A stretch of 63,851 nucleotides of DNA from Octopus bimaculoides. Lineage: Eukaryota. Location of the stretch: assembly GCF_001194135.2 (NCBI RefSeq), contig NC_068981.1:16236716-16300566 (forward strand), in the 5' to 3' direction. Under the pieces are notes generated by a model. It was given only the letters and a program-made list of their open reading frames with translations, did no database searches and was not told where the DNA came from. Numbering within the stretch: position 1 is the first letter of the stretch; each line of letters begins with the position of its first letter. The translations under genes were made by a program, and so were the position numbers. Shown one piece after another: positions 1 through 14,706 of this stretch.

Positions 1-499
1 TATATATATATATATATATATATACCTGCATATATATATATATATTTATACACACACACACTCATACACACACGCACACACGCATGCACACACACACACA
101 CATACACACATGTGCACTCGCACGCGCGCGCACACGGACACGTGCACTCGCACGCGCACACATACACGAATATGTACTATATAATCTGTATTACGTGTAG
201 GCATACTACAGTTGGGTTTATGCGTCACGTAAGGTATCATTAACCATTCTGTTTCCAGTATAGTATTCTAGCTAATATTGAATTCAGTAGCATTTCTAGT
301 TATGATATACAGAGTAAATATAGAGATAATGGTAAACTGAAGTTTATATATTTTGTGATTTGCATGCATATCACTCTCGGGGTTATTTGCAGCCTCTCTG
401 TTTTGTACTTTCCAAATGCAATTGAATTTTCAACCGCAGCTGATCACCAGGGAAAAACTTTATTGCATCATGTTACACAGATCAAATTGCATATAAATA

Positions 500-579
<80 letters not shown>

Positions 580-1422
580 GTGTGTGTGTGTGTAAAACAC
601 TTCATGCACAATCTCCCAGTGTACGAAATTTTCAATGAGATTTTGATTCTTAACCGAAATATTTCACTTCACCTCCGTTTTAAAGAATCTTATAATTTAT
701 TAATTATTTGGGGGCGGGGGCGAGGAATGGAACATTCTACATGCCTTTTAAATGCCTGGGGAGATTGATACAGCTGAAAAGCATATGCAGAAACATATTC
801 AGGAAAAACTTGAGCGAACGAGGCCTACCCTGATGTTTCTGGATCGAATGATTGCAACACTATAAACTAAAACCTACCAAAAAGATATCTTGCTATTCGT
901 CTATTTTTTAATACTCGGGACAGCAGTCGTAGGGTGTTTTCAAAGACATAATATCCTCGATCGCACCAACTTTACAGGCATTTTATCTCAGATTCCTGTA
1001 TCAAATATGTCACATCTGGGTTTTAATGAAATTTTAATTTAGGTTTTAAAATATTCGGATAGGTTTCCTTATAAACCAACCACTCATGTAGAAGATTCCT
1101 GAGACAATGTATTAGTGGAATTATATTTCCAATTTCCTAAACTTCAAAGATTTTTGCTGTGCAAATGGAAACCTGTATTTGTTAATTACGTAAGAAGATG
1201 AAAAAGTAGTACAGCAACAGATTGAATATTTTAAACTTTAATTTCCTCCTACATATCTGATTTCACGTCTAGAGATTGTCTTTACTTCACAACTTCCAAA
1301 TAAGGACAAATTTACACAAGGTTTGAAAGATTTTAAAATGAAAGCTTTGTGCATAGCTAAATGAAATCAGCTCTAATATATTATTAATCACTTCATAATT
1401 AAACTTGAAGCTAATGAATTAT

Positions 1423-1590
1423 GGAGGTGCAGGTGTGGCTGTGTAGTAAAAAGCTTGCTTCCCAACCACATGGTTCCGGTTTCAATCGCACTGCTAATTT
1501 CTCTTCCTATAGCCTCGGGCCGACCAAGATCTTGTGAGTGGACTTAGTAGACAGAAACTGAAAGAATCCCGATGTATATATATATATGTG
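1423..1590 (+). mobile_element. SINE family A, 5' half
   Basis: aagcttgcttcccaaccacatggttcc...gaaactgaaagaa. Confidence 0.8.
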
Positions 1591-3661
1591 TCTGTGTGTC
1601 TGTGTGATCTAAAGTGGCTAATAATGTCGACAAGCATCGTGTGGTGGTGCTGCTGAACTAAGCTGATTTAAAAAACACTTCCGTATATTGTCCAGTGACA
1701 TCATTTTGGTAGCGGTGGTCAGTGGCAGCCAATCGGAACTGTTTACTATTGCATCGTCAAGAGCTCTTCTCATTTCTTTTTGGGATCTTAAATAAGTAAT
1801 ATTCAGGAAGAAAGTGAAGTATTAACAGAATCCAACGTTAACCAGAAGACGGTGGAATTAAAACTGGATATCTATAGAGAAAAGTCCATGCAAATATAGC
1901 GTCTCCGCTGCTCCAGAATTAGTGTTTCTTGGGGTTCAATGGGACGATCTTATACGCAGAATAATTTGTAGCATTTTAAATTTTAGGTAAAAGTCTACAC
2001 ACGCAGATACGCACTCACGCGCACACATAGACATACACGTCATAAATATTTATGACTTGTGGCACTGAGACGAACTTTATTACATACGCGATTGTGAGGA
2101 AAAGAAAAATATCAAGTAAAATGGGTTTTCTTTTTACCAGAATATGAAAGCACTTTATATAAGTAGTGTCTACTGTCATAACCAACCATAACATTTTCTT
2201 TATAGCGAGATTTATTGTTAGATATCAAATAACAAGCACATGTAAAAAGATCAAAATCTCAGAAGAGATACACATCTTCTGTGCAGTTGGTGTTTCTCAG
2301 AACTGGAGGATTAAGTGCCTGCAATAGATGTATGATATATTTTGCAAAATTCCAATGTGGCTTATACACAGTGGTGGTATGATGGGACATCGATTGAGTT
2401 TTCTAAAGTGATACTATATATTCTCATATAACAGAAATGTTTATAAAGACAGCTACAATGAGAGGGAAATTGATATTGTTGCAACGTTCCAAAATGCTAT
2501 AACTTTAACTGAACTTTAGCTCAGGGAACAGATATCATTGTTTTACAATGGACTAAATATTCAAATTTCTCAATCAAATAATACCATAACAGAATTTGAT
2601 TCTATAAAGTAACCGAAAAGCCTCAGCTTTAGTGAGATGCAAGAAATAAATGCGAACATTACCTTGCTCTGAAGCGTTTTAGTTATGTAAAACGTAAAAT
2701 AACTTCGATGAGAATTATAAACAAGGCCATATTTTCGAGCTTATCACGAGCATACTTATAGTGGAAAGCATTTAATTCAATATTTCTTTTGGCGGCGAAG
2801 AGTTAGAAACATCCTTGTGATATTCCTTTACAATTATTTGCCTTTTGATTTCAAATTTCACCATAATCGACGTTTCTTTTAAAAATTCCATACAACCAGG
2901 ATGTAGAGTGGGTCGATATTAACCGTCTCTGTTTAGCCTAAATTATAAGGATTTGTATATAATGTTGGAAATCAGTACTACCTTCACCTTGGTTTATAGA
3001 TTTAGATTCAAATCATGATAAAACTCATATATCAGTTGTTATTTAAGAAAAGAGTAAACTTTGCCGTTTATCCATTCCTTTATTATTAGCCGATCGCTTT
3101 GGTAGACATTGTACTGAATTGAGAATCGAATATTTGTTAAATGGAGGCACTCTTGGTAAAATAATAAAGTATTAAGAAAAATGTTTACTGCCATGTGATT
3201 TCTGAATTTTGTGATCTTAATTTACTCCTACACTGAGGTTAAATTTCCATTTTGCCATTGTGGTTCACGTTGACAAAATATCTGCTGCCAATACTGTAGA
3301 ATCGATTCAATACTTTATATATTCAACTATTTTCTTTTTATTTTGTATCATCATTTCATTTAAAATCTAGCCGAATAGATTTAACCTTTCATCTTTCTTC
3401 ATTGCAGGATAACAAATAATGTTAATATAGTGTCTGGTTGATATAGAGCACGTCTCAATAGAAAACTGCTTGCATAGAAATGCAAAATAGTAAAAGAGTT
3501 TAACATTGAAAACTTACCGTCAAAAGACAGAAACCGTAGACGCTGAAATCTTGAATATGTGAGAATATGGCATGAGAAAGAAAGAAGAGAGAGACAGAGA
3601 GATAGAAAGAAGAAAGCAGGCGAGACAAAACTAAAGTAAGAACGAAATACTGAAGACTTAC

Positions 3662-3772
3662 TTTAATCGTAGACATTATCTTTGTGTTGTTTATTTCAAT
3701 TATTGTTTTGTCCATATCTGGGGGACGTTCCAATCTAATGTCGAGCCCTGTTTCATCTGTCCATTCTCCTAT
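3662..3772 (-). CDS. AMPA-type iGluR exon, 111 nt (ATD-S1 linker/S1 start): IGEWTDETGL...INNTKIMSTIK
   Basis: Acceptor tttttcAG, donor GTAAGT; similar to GluA 'IGYWS...ENKTVVVTTIL'. Confidence 0.93.
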
Positions 3773-6700
3773 CTGAAAAATCAAGCAATGTTGTATGTGA
3801 AAGATGATGCCTTACATGACTTTAATCATAATAGTTCAGGATCGAAGTTAACAACAACGTTACCAACGATACGGAAATTTTAAAACAGTCTCACTAAATA
3901 AATATTTGATGAAAGATAATTCAGTATAATATTGTTGAAAAGGCTAACAATATTTTTGATACGTAGATCCGTAACGGTGTATTAGAAAGTCGTGGCATTC
4001 ATACTCTTGCTTCTAGAACATTAGAATCAATAAGGAAATGGTTGAAAAACTGTAATAGATACTGAGTTGCTGAGAACTTGCAGCCACATAATATTACCCT
4101 TCACACTAATTTTAAAGTTGATGATAGTAATAAAAATATAGATTCTCAAGAAACAGTATATTATAGTGTAAAAGTTTCTTTTCTGTTCAACTATCCATCA
4201 TCACAATTGCGGCAATAAAAATGACTAAAGAGTAGATTTCCAAAAGAAAGCATTCGAAAATGGTGGACATAGTAAAAATTACATCAATATGTAACTGTAA
4301 ATTCGATATCTAGAGAAAAGCAAACAACACGAATAAGATGTTACAAAAAATTAGAGGAACGTTATTGGTAGAGCAATCATACAGACAATTTCATCCTCAC
4401 TTAACAACTATCTGTCAAATTAGAAAATGTCAAACATAAATCTAGCAACTATGTTTTTAAATAAGAGATGTCAATTATAATTGCTATTAGGAGCTTTGCT
4501 TCTGATTCTCATAAACCTATCATCATTTCTCTCAAGATAAAGAAACGATTGTTGAGATGAATTTATCACCCTTACTCATCATTTCTATGATTATTCTTGT
4601 CATCACCAGACTACCCGCATAAAATAGATTATTTTGCACAAATAATATATCTTCACAGTATTGGCAATATTTCTAAATTATGTGTGTGTGTCTGAATGTT
4701 TTCATGCACCTAATATATATGTATAATGTGTATGAGCATCGTGTGCGTGCGTGCGCGTGTTTGAGTACGAATGAGAGAGGCTGTCTCATCGCCTGCGCGT
4801 GTGTTTGATATATGTGTATTATTTAGTTCGTAACTTAATCTGCTGAAAAATGTCCAGCTCACAGTTATAGTCCTTGCAGGCGAAATCGTGCTGGTAATGT
4901 AATGTGTTCAATATTCAGTAGGAGATTACGTCAGTAAATACATTTTGAATATTTAGAACAGACATGGGAAGAGGGACAGGATGAAAAGTTTATTATCAAG
5001 TTTAACTTGAAACCCATGTATCTAGGTGAAGAGTATCTCAGTCTGCAATATGAGAATCCCATTCTCTCAAAGGATATCATCATACATAACAATCAATTTT
5101 GCTTCCATCGAGAACTGAACATTTATGTATTAGCTTAGTTGATTGCAAACAGGGCGTCGGCAAAAGTTATACAGCAATGTTCATCAGTTTGGATATGATT
5201 TTACACAGTGGGAGAAATGAAATCTTACGTTTCGAGGCTGTCCCTTCTTGGTTTAAGAGAAAAAGTATAATTTTGATTCTCTCTCTCGAAGACAATATGT
5301 CCGAAATATCAGAATTCATGTCACCCCCCAATGAGATAGGAATTTATCTATAGTAATGAAATAAATGTTCGTTACCTATTTATCGATGTGAAGTGTCATT
5401 TTTATAATGGCACCTGTGCATATAATTATTGGTGTTTTTATAACTATGTGCTTTTGAGATTAGCAGATTTCTATTTGGTAAATTCATAAGAAATGTAAGA
5501 AACAATGTCTTATGTCTCTTGTTTTGTTTTGTTTTTATTTTTAGTTTAGCGAGATACGATAAGCAACCTACAGCCACAGTATAAATATTATTGGATAAAA
5601 TATTTCAATTGAAATTAAAATATCAGAGTTAAATAGAGGAAGGAAAATATTTATAATGATATAAAATAGGATTTCCTATTGCACATCAATACTTCATACA
5701 AATCTAACGGTAAGTATAATATTTATACTTATATACTCCAGTTGTAATAATCATGAATTGAAAATAGGTTAACGTATGTAAATATAATTGTTATAATAAG
5801 GAAATGGAATTGAAATAATAATATTGCGATATTAATGTTCAAGAGAAAGGTAAGAAAATCGAATAAAAACATGAAGGACATTTTCAAGTCCAATGCATGA
5901 TTCTACCGAATTATAAATGCTGCTAATAATATAAAATTAGATTCCTATATTAACGTACAATATGAAAATCTTCCATGGAACCTGGAATATATTTTTCTAT
6001 AAATAATTCGACATTATCCTCTGCATGATACTAAAACTAAAATTAATACTAATGTTATTTCATACACGAAAGAAAATGTAAAAAGGGAAATATTTCAGGT
6101 AGCGTGTCGTAAATAGTATATCGTAAATGTGTCTGTTTAATTTATAAACTCTAATGTAAGCTTTTGTGTATCAACACTCCAACAAAATTAATTGACAATA
6201 GAGATTTGCGTATTATTTTTGATTAAAAGAACTAGAAGTCACTTATCAGGAAAGACGCCATCAACAGCTTTTGCGCTTTTGCACATTCAGCCTTAATATA
6301 TGTTACGTCACTAACGTAATCTCCACAGATTCTAGAAGTGATACTTTTAAATTAAGCGACGTATATCCATCTTTTGTTAACAGAGCATATTTGCACTCTC
6401 AATAGCCTTTAAATGTCACGATAGTATTAGTAAAAGCATCTATAAGGCAACCTCTTATTACGATAAATATTTACAATATAACAACTTCAAAGACGACATT
6501 ACGTATTCACTTTGTCTGCCCTTAAAAGTGAAGGTGTCTCAACCAAACGCATTGCTCTTTCCTCAATGCAAAATCTAATTGAACAACATTTTTCATAATT
6601 ATAACAAGCACTTCACTTCCATAACACAAATATAGAAAATATATAAACATGTAAAACAATCTAAATTTATATCTGAAACATGGGAAATATAATTTTGCAC

Positions 6701-7428
6701 ATCCATTATCAAAACCGAAGAGACATACATTCAAAACTCCAAATATATGACCACCAGGCAAATACTGCAATGTGGGAGCAGTGATTTAAGACGCAGATGT
6801 CACTTCTATGAGATTCAATATGGAAGTGACATATAAGCGTTACACAGTCATGACAGAGAGGTTGAAGAAAATAATTTTTTTTTTTAATTATGCATCCTTT
6901 AGACAGCTACAAAACAAAAGCCAAAAAAAAAACACACACCGTATAGATATTTCAGAAAAGATTTCTGGTTATAATCTCACGTGGAATATCACAGTAATGC
7001 TCAAACATTTCAGAATTGAAAGGAAAGAGTGTAATGTGTGCATAACAGGAAATGAGAAAAAAGTTCCTGAAATATTCACAACCAGGGTCTCAAATTAAAC
7101 AACAGACTAGAGATATTTCCGAAGTGCAGGTTTAGATATTTCAGAAATGCATTCGGAAAAATTACTAATGACCAGGCAAGTAAAAATCACCATTTTCAAC
7201 ACAGTTATTAAAAATGTATTAAATTCTAATATAGTTTCACGTCAGGCGTTCTTCATATTTTCTCTTACTGCTTCTATTTTTTTCCCCTTCTCTCAAATCT
7301 CTACCTTTTTTTACTTTACAATCAACGTCTCTCCAGTCTTTGTTTAATTTCCTTAAAATCACATCCTAATTTATCTTGCCTTGATTTCACTCAAAATTAA
7401 AAACAATTATAATTGTTTATTAGTATAC

Positions 7429-7820
7429 GAGGCGTGTCTGTGTGGTAAGAAGCCTGCTTCCCAATCACATGGGTCCGGATTCAGTCCCACTACATGGCAT
7501 CTTAGGCAAGTGTCTTCTACGATAGCTTCGGGCCGACCAAAGCCTTATGGGTGGATTTGGTAGACGAAAACTGAAAGAAGCCCGTCTTATATAAATAGGT
7601 ATATATATCTATGTATGTGTGTCATTGTGTCTGTGTATGTCACTCACCACCGCTTGACAACCAGTGTTGGTGCGTTTATGCTCCTATAACTTAGCGGTTC
7701 GGCGAAAGAATGGATATGATAAGTACTCGGCTTTAAAAAATAATCCTTGGGTCGATTTCTTCGTTTAAGGCACAGCCTCAGCATGGTTGCAGTCAAATGA
7801 ATGAAACAAAATAAAAGATA
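7429..7820 (+). mobile_element. SINE family A, full length
   Basis: Collinear with 58270-58672. Confidence 0.85.
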
Positions 7821-9852
7821 TGGGATTTAAGATGAAGTATATAGGGTCCAGATATATTTACCTAGTTTTCTTTATAAATACAAAGACATTACTCTCTTTT
7901 AAGTATAGAGTATAACATTTTGCCATTCCGTGTTGTACAGCATATCGACCGTTCTTCAGCGGTTTCAGTACTATCTTAGTTTCCCTATGAGAAGAGATGT
8001 TTAAAATATTTTCCTAAACCTGCTACATTTCTTCAGAAATATCTGAATGGTCCCTCACGACCCTTCTTACAGAAAAGTATAATAGATATAAAGAGATAAA
8101 GAGATTTTTTTCTTTTATTTCTTTCTATATAACTTAAAATGATTCTAATACATTAGTTGAATAATGCATTAGATAAAATGCATCTTAGTCAAATTGAATT
8201 TTTACGTACAGGATTTGCGAAAATTGAAAATGAAATGCTAATAAACACAGAGAGATAGAGACAGAGACAGACAGATAGACTGATAGACAGACAACAAATA
8301 GAGATTTGATAGACGTTCGAAAGGTAGGAAGATATTTACATAATATATACATACGTATATACATAATCACACGTGCGCATTCATTCATACATACATTCAA
8401 TAATTCAAAGATACACATATTCTAACATATAGACATATATTCAGACACACAGATGCATATACACACAAACACACATACAACCGAATATGCGCACATAAAT
8501 ATATATGTATACACATCTACAGGCTATATATGTATATAACGAAGTGGTTAAGACATAAAAATGACAGAGAGCACGAAGAGAAAAGAAAGAGTAAGTTTGA
8601 AAGAAATTTTGACTTTGGTTCTATATGAAAGAGAGTAAATCACGGGTATTAAAGCTAAAAACAGTTCTGGACCACTGTTTTAACCTCTTTGATCATAATA
8701 ACAGAAACCCCCGGGGACATAATATCAATGAATGTAGATATTAGATGGACAATTGAAAGCTAAATCATCAAGAAAAATTGCAAATGAAGAACCTTCATCT
8801 AGTTAAATTTCTTTTGTCATCAGATTTGAATACTACCGTGCCATCCATCGTGATTAGGCCAAATTTCAGACAAATTTAAGTAATGAATGTCTGCAGCGAA
8901 CGTCTGCAGAAGCAGAAATCAAAATAACCGAAAGCAATATCCATTATAAATTAGGTGAGTCGAACTTATAAAAACTTTATTGATTAGACTCTGAAAATGT
9001 CTGATAACCTTTTATTTTATTCAAAGATCAATATACAATTGAATATGAGGTAAAAGTGTGTGCCCCTCATAGAATCAAGTAGAGTGGCTTATTTGTCATT
9101 TCAACTCTGTGTGCTTAAATTCACCTACCTTTACTTATCACGCGCTGATCTGATAAATAAGGTTCAATATTTTTATTCGTCTTGCTTCAAGCGAAAGGTA
9201 CAGATGTTGACCCTTAGTTGAACTAAGAGACTGGCTTTTATCCCTAAAGATATGGTAAGATCATAGTTAGTAATATGGTAGATTCTTTGGAGGATTGAAA
9301 GGTTGCCCTGCAGTATTCCTTCCGACTCTTTCCACTCTGTATTCAAATATTCTTCAAGTCTAATTTGCGGCCAACCTCCCATAGTCGATCGAATACAGTA
9401 CGAAAACATAAAGTAGGAGACATAAAGAAGCTTACAACAAAGTATTTCAAATACATGGCCCAAGTAAAGGAAGCCAAGCACCATGTGATTGTCTTTAATG
9501 GGGAGATGACTTGTAATTAGCCGCATTTCAACCTAAATTTAGCAGCTTGGTAGTTTAGTATGAGAGCTAAGCCAGGTATTAGCACTTATCTTATTCATAG
9601 TTATTTCGTAGCACAAAAGATAAGATATTTATTGTAAAGGATTTAGTTAGTAGGTGAACCTATTAGGAAACAAGGCCTAGAACTCCACTAATGCAGTGGA
9701 AGACAAAACATTTGTAACTTAGAATTTAAAGATCGTAGCTAAGTAGGTAGAAATCGTTATTTCCTTCAGTAAATAGAAGATAGTTTCTTAACAAAAGTCA
9801 AAACAGTATATAGTTCCAATGTTAGTGAATGGAGGTAAAATGGCATACTTAC

Positions 9853-9960
9853 ATTTTGTAACGGTTTTCCATAACTTAACTGCAACACGTCTAGCTTAAC
9901 ATTCTTTCGTTGAAGGTTGTCGTCAAAGGATACCGTGCCAGTGAGTCCAGTGAAATTCAC
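9853..9960 (-). CDS. AMPA-type iGluR exon, 108 nt: VNFTGLTGTVSFDDNLQRKNVKLDVLQLSYGKPLQN
   Basis: Acceptor ttgacAG, donor GTAAGT; typical 'GLTG.V.FD...R' ATD motif. Confidence 0.94.
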
Positions 9961-10764
9961 CTGTCAAATTCAATAGAAGATCAAGAAACTGAAACATCAT
10001 ATTGCAGAATATGTATCTAAATATGTAATAATGTCTTTAGTATCACGAGAAAATCCTACATTAATAATTGGGTATGTGTCAAAAGAAAGCTTGTATATGA
10101 TTAATTAGAGTATTATATACGTATATACAATTGTATATATATATATCTATACATATATGCATGCAAAAATGTATGTACACATATCTACATATGTAGACAC
10201 ACACATACATAATAGACAATCATATGTAAAAAAAAAATAATTAAACTGGAAACAAAAGATAAAAAACAAAAAGAATCCTTAAACAACATGCTAAAATTTA
10301 ATTCTGTGTCGGCTGAGTCTCTTACAAAAGTACAGCCGTGTTAGTTTGAATGTGTAGCAACAATCATTAATATGTGATATATTTAAAACTGTAACACACA
10401 TGATTAATTATAATATTCTTTCTAAATAATTCTTAAAAGCATTACAGATCCGTTTTCTGCCAATAAGAATAGTATCAATTATAGTTGTTAGCCATTTTAG
10501 AAATATAAAGAGACGTAACAGCTACACATAGTCAAACCGATGATTTAATGAAGTGCTAACAAAGCTATAATTGGGAAATTATTTTAAAATTATACGTATT
10601 GTACTTTAAAGTGTGAATGTTAATTCTCTCCTGTAGATTGCACTACATGTTTTCAACATATCAGATAAGAAGAAAAGTTCTTTCAAAATAACACATCGGC
10701 AGGAGAAGAGTCGTATAGCCAAGTCGATATAATCTAAAATATGATATACGCAAGTAAATGAAAG

Positions 10765-11080
10765 ACGTGGAGGCACATAGCTTAGAGGTCAGAGCAGCAG
10801 CCTAGCGATCAAGGGAGCGCGGGTTCAAATCTCAGTCCGGGTGATGTGTATGTTTATGAGCGAAACACCTAATCTGTACGCGGCTCTGACAGAACGTAAT
10901 GGCGAACTTCTGCTGACTCTTTCGCCACAATTGTTTATCATTCTTTCCTCCTGCATCTAGCAGCTCACCTGCGACGGACAGGCATTCCGTGCTGGTGGGG
11001 AAGCTATACACCAATGAAGCCGGGCCTTATGAGCCAGCTATGGCTCGAGAAGGAACAAACTCAACACGCACGTAAATGAT
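10765..11080 (+). mobile_element. SINE family C (tRNA head), tail variant 1
   Basis: tggaggc.ca.agcttagaggt.agagcagc...ggttcaaatctcagtccggg.gatgtg...ttatgagcgaaacacctaa. Confidence 0.75.
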
Positions 11081-11224
11081 TCTACTATCTTGATTTAAAA
11101 CTATATATAAATATACATTAAAATTTTACCTATCATACTGTGCATGCATCTATGTATATATGTTATAACATCAGCTATTTCTTATAATAATGTCTGAATA
11201 ACCAAGAGATCCAAATCATTAATT

Positions 11225-11435
11225 ATTTTCTACTCTAGGCACTAGGCCTGAAATTCTTGGGGAGGGGTCCAGTCGATTAGATCGACCCAGTACGCAACCG
11301 GTACTTAAGTTATTGACCCCGAAAGGATGCAAGGCAAAGTCGACTTCAGCGGAAATTGAACTTTGAACGTAAAGACAGATGAAATACCGCTAAGGATTTC
11401 GCTCGGCGTGCTAACGTTTCTGCCAGCTCACCGCC
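11225..11435 (-). mobile_element. SINE family B (alternative 3' tail)
   Basis: Same head and central domain; tail ...ccccaagaatttcaggcctagtgcctagagtagaaaa. Confidence 0.85.
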
Positions 11436-11464
11436 ATAATCCAAATTATTAATACCTTCCGAAG

Positions 11465-11540
<76 letters not shown>

Positions 11541-11899
11541 NNNNNNNNNNNNNNNNNNNNNNNNNNNNNNNNNNNNNNNNNNNNNNNNNNNNNNNNNNNN
11601 NNNNNNNNNNNNNNNNNNNNNNNNNNNNNNNNNNNNNNNNNNNNNNNNNNNNNNNNNNNNNNNNNNNNNNNNNNNNNNNNNNNNNNNNNNNNNNNNNNNN
11701 NNNNNNNNNNNNNNNNNNNNNNNNNNNNNNNNNNNNNNNNNNNNNNNNNNNNNNNNNNNNNNNNNNNNNNNNNNNNNNNNNNNNNNNNNNNNNNNNNNNN
11801 NNNNNNNNNNNNNNNNNNNNNNNNNNNNNNNNNNNNNNNNNNNNNNNNNNNNNNNNNNNTATATATATATATATATATGCGTGCGTGTGTGTGTGTGTG

Positions 11900-12105
11900 T
11901 TTGTCTGTCTGTCTGACCCCACCCCGAACATCGCTTGACAGAAGATGATGCTGTATTTATGTCCACGTAGCTAGCAGTTCAGCAAAAGACACCGATATAA
12001 TAAATACTTGACTCTCAAGGAGCAAGTCCTCGGGTCGATTTGCTCGACTAAAGGCCGTGCTCCAGCATGGCCGCATTCAAATGACTGAAACAAATAAAAG
12101 AATAT
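11900..12105 (+). mobile_element. SINE family A, 3' half (5' part probably in the gap)
   Basis: aacatcgcttgaca...ccagcatggccgca.tcaaatgactgaaac. Confidence 0.8.
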
Positions 12106-13524
12106 ATGTATATAGTCACTGTTTCGCATGCCTAATGTCTTCAAGAATTTATTTGTATGTTGAGCACTCTACTATGATTTATACTTATGATGTTTAATCT
12201 GACGGAAGTAAGAATGTTCGCTTCGATATATTTGTCTGTTTTAGCCGATTTTGAACCTAATACCATATAACCGATTCACAAATATCCTTTCCTGTGTACC
12301 TTTCTGTTTACGATAAATTCGACATTACTTCAGTGAGAACTCAAACAATTTCAAAACCAATTTTTGAATCTACAGCTAGAATCACAATTCAACGAGAAAG
12401 TGACGGCCCAATCTGTAAGACATATCGTATCACAACCTATCATATTAAAAATTGAAAGTCATATAGGTTACTGTATTCCTAGACAACTATAAAACGAAAA
12501 CCAAAGAAGAAAAAAATCATTGATCACAGCTTGATTCCCTTTGATCAAAGTTCTGCTGATTCAGTGTTGTTCTAACCTAAACAGCAACTGTGACATAACC
12601 AAACTGTTTTATATATAAACTTAAGGAGGAATATTGTAAGGACCCACATAACAATTTTCCATGAAATTTCATATGAGATAAGAGAGGTATGAGTGTTTAC
12701 ACTAGCATTTCTTTCTAATTTGGTCTCAGTCGAATATAATCCCTGCTGGGTAGATTATATTTTAATGTCTATTATTTCATAATTATCATTTATGTATTAC
12801 ATTTTCTTTCCGACTAAAAACATACAATTACATACATACACATATACATACTGATATCTAAACACACACATAAACATACATACGTATATATATATATATA
12901 TACACATAAACAGAGATACACGTGCGTGAGTTTGTGTCCGTATATATCTGTAAACATATATATATGTATAAATGAATGAACGAATGAATGTATATATATT
13001 TCTATATATATACGCAAATATATATATATATATATATATATANNNNNNNNNNNNNNNNNNNNNNNNNNNNNNNNNNNNNNNNNNNNNNNNNNNNNNNNNN
13101 NNNNNNNNNNNNNNNNNNNNNNNNNNNNNNNNNNNNNNNNNNNNNNNNNNNNNNNNNNNNNNNNNNNNNNNNNNNNNNNNNNNNNNNNNNNNNNNNNNNN
13201 NNNNNNNNNNNNNNNNNNNNNNNNNNNNNNNNNNNNNNNNNNNNNNNNNNNNNNNNNNNNNNNNNNNNNNNNNNNNNNNNNNNNNNNNNNNNNNNNNNNN
13301 NNNNNNNNNNNNNNNNNNNNNNNNNNNNNNNNNNNNNNNNNNNNNNNNNNNNNNNNNNNNNNNNNNNNNNNNNNNNNNNNNNNNNNNNNNNNNNNNNNNN
13401 NNNNNNNNNNNNNNNNNNNNNNNNNNNNNNNNNNNNNNNNNNNNNNNNNNNNNNNNNNNNNNNNNNNNNNNNNNNNNNNNNNNNNNNNNNNNNNNNNNNN
13501 NNNNNNNNNNNNNNNNNNNNNNNN

Positions 13525-13569
<45 letters not shown>

Positions 13570-13901
13570 CATAAATGTATATATGTATAAAGATATATAT
13601 ATAATTACATATGAAATTGATATGGCTTGTATCTGTGTGAGTGGATGTTTATAATTTCCGCTTAGAGCCTAAATACTAATGAATGGATGCTGTTTTCTTC
13701 AACAGGAGTCGCAACATCAAAGCTGTTCCCACGTTTGATGCGAATGACTTGCTATAGAGTAATACAACGCAACGTCAATACATTTCATATTGAACGGAGT
13801 AGCATGAGGGTGAACGTCTTGTACCGGTGTTTGCTGAGTGAAGTTGGATTGTTCGTGATGATATGGAGCTGTAGTATTGATAGTGATTTTGGTACATATT
13901 G

Positions 13902-13960
<59 letters not shown>

Positions 13961-13972
13961 TGTTGTGTCTGG

Positions 13973-14370
13973 GGAGAGTCATTCTCTTTTAGTGTCTTGT
14001 AATTTAATACACTCACCGGTAAAATTTCCACTCATTTCTTTTATTTTTCTAAAAATTTTGTTGAGTCTTGCAATATTTACAATAGTTTTGAGGCAAAAAA
14101 AAAAAACAGAAATAAGTGGAATTTTTACCGGTGAGTGTGTTAAATTATAAGGCACTAAAAGAGAATGACTCTCCGTAGACATTGACCGCTAGTTAATAAA
14201 GCATTTTTTTCTCTCCCTCTATTTATTTTCTCGTGTTTCTTTCTGTTGCAGAGCGTAGGCTCGAAACGTAAAAGACTTTCACACCTCCCCGAGCGCTAAA
14301 ATAATACATCTGTTTGTTGTTTACACACCTGTCTTCCTCGTTTGTTTTTTTGTTTTTTTTTTGTAAATGC
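13973..14370 (+). mobile_element. HH-3 Penelope-like non-autonomous element with a 67-bp inverted repeat
   Basis: Arms 13973-14039 and 14108-14174 (5 mismatches), followed by a tail shared with 15690-15850. Confidence 0.6.
14238..14275 (+). ncRNA. Minimal hammerhead-like motif, family HH-3, core degenerate
   Basis: TCTTT-CTGTTGC-A-GAGC/GTAG/GCTC-GAAA-CG-TA^AAAGA; perfect stems, core changed at positions 6 and 9. Confidence 0.55.
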
Positions 14371-14460
14371 CAAATATATAAATGTGTGTGTATGAATGTA
14401 AGCACGTATGTTTATGTATGTGTATATATATATGCGTATATGTGTGTGCATGCGCATGTA

Positions 14461-14706
14461 TAGTTTGCAATAAACGAGGGTCATATATATTCCAGAATGT
14501 GTCAAATAGCGGTGATATGCTTCAGCAAGACAGGGATAAAACATACAATATGTATTCTTATACACCATATCCGTAAATTTATATGTATACGTACACATCT
14601 ACATACATAAATACGTACATACGTACATACTCACAAAAATCTTACACACACTCACCGCTATTTGACAAATTCTGGAATATATATGACCCTCGTTTATTAC
14701 AAACTA
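14461..14706. mobile_element. MITE with 55-bp TIRs
   Basis: 14461-14515 vs 14652-14706, 2 mismatches; TA at the termini. Confidence 0.75.

Noticed and set aside
5225-5262. Minus-strand ccaagaagggacagcctcgaaacgta
   Set aside because: Core is not CUGANGA and there is no stem I; too degenerate. Same verdict for weak words at about 7955, 25143 and 45968.
5099-5353. ORF with a P-loop-like string CKQGVGKS
   Set aside because: Lacks the first G/A of Walker A, has no Walker B, and has no clear splice context or continuation.
9173-9526. 117-aa minus-strand ORF containing GGWP (M13 peptidase-like word)
   Set aside because: No further similarity or strong splice sites, and the receptor frame is complete without it.
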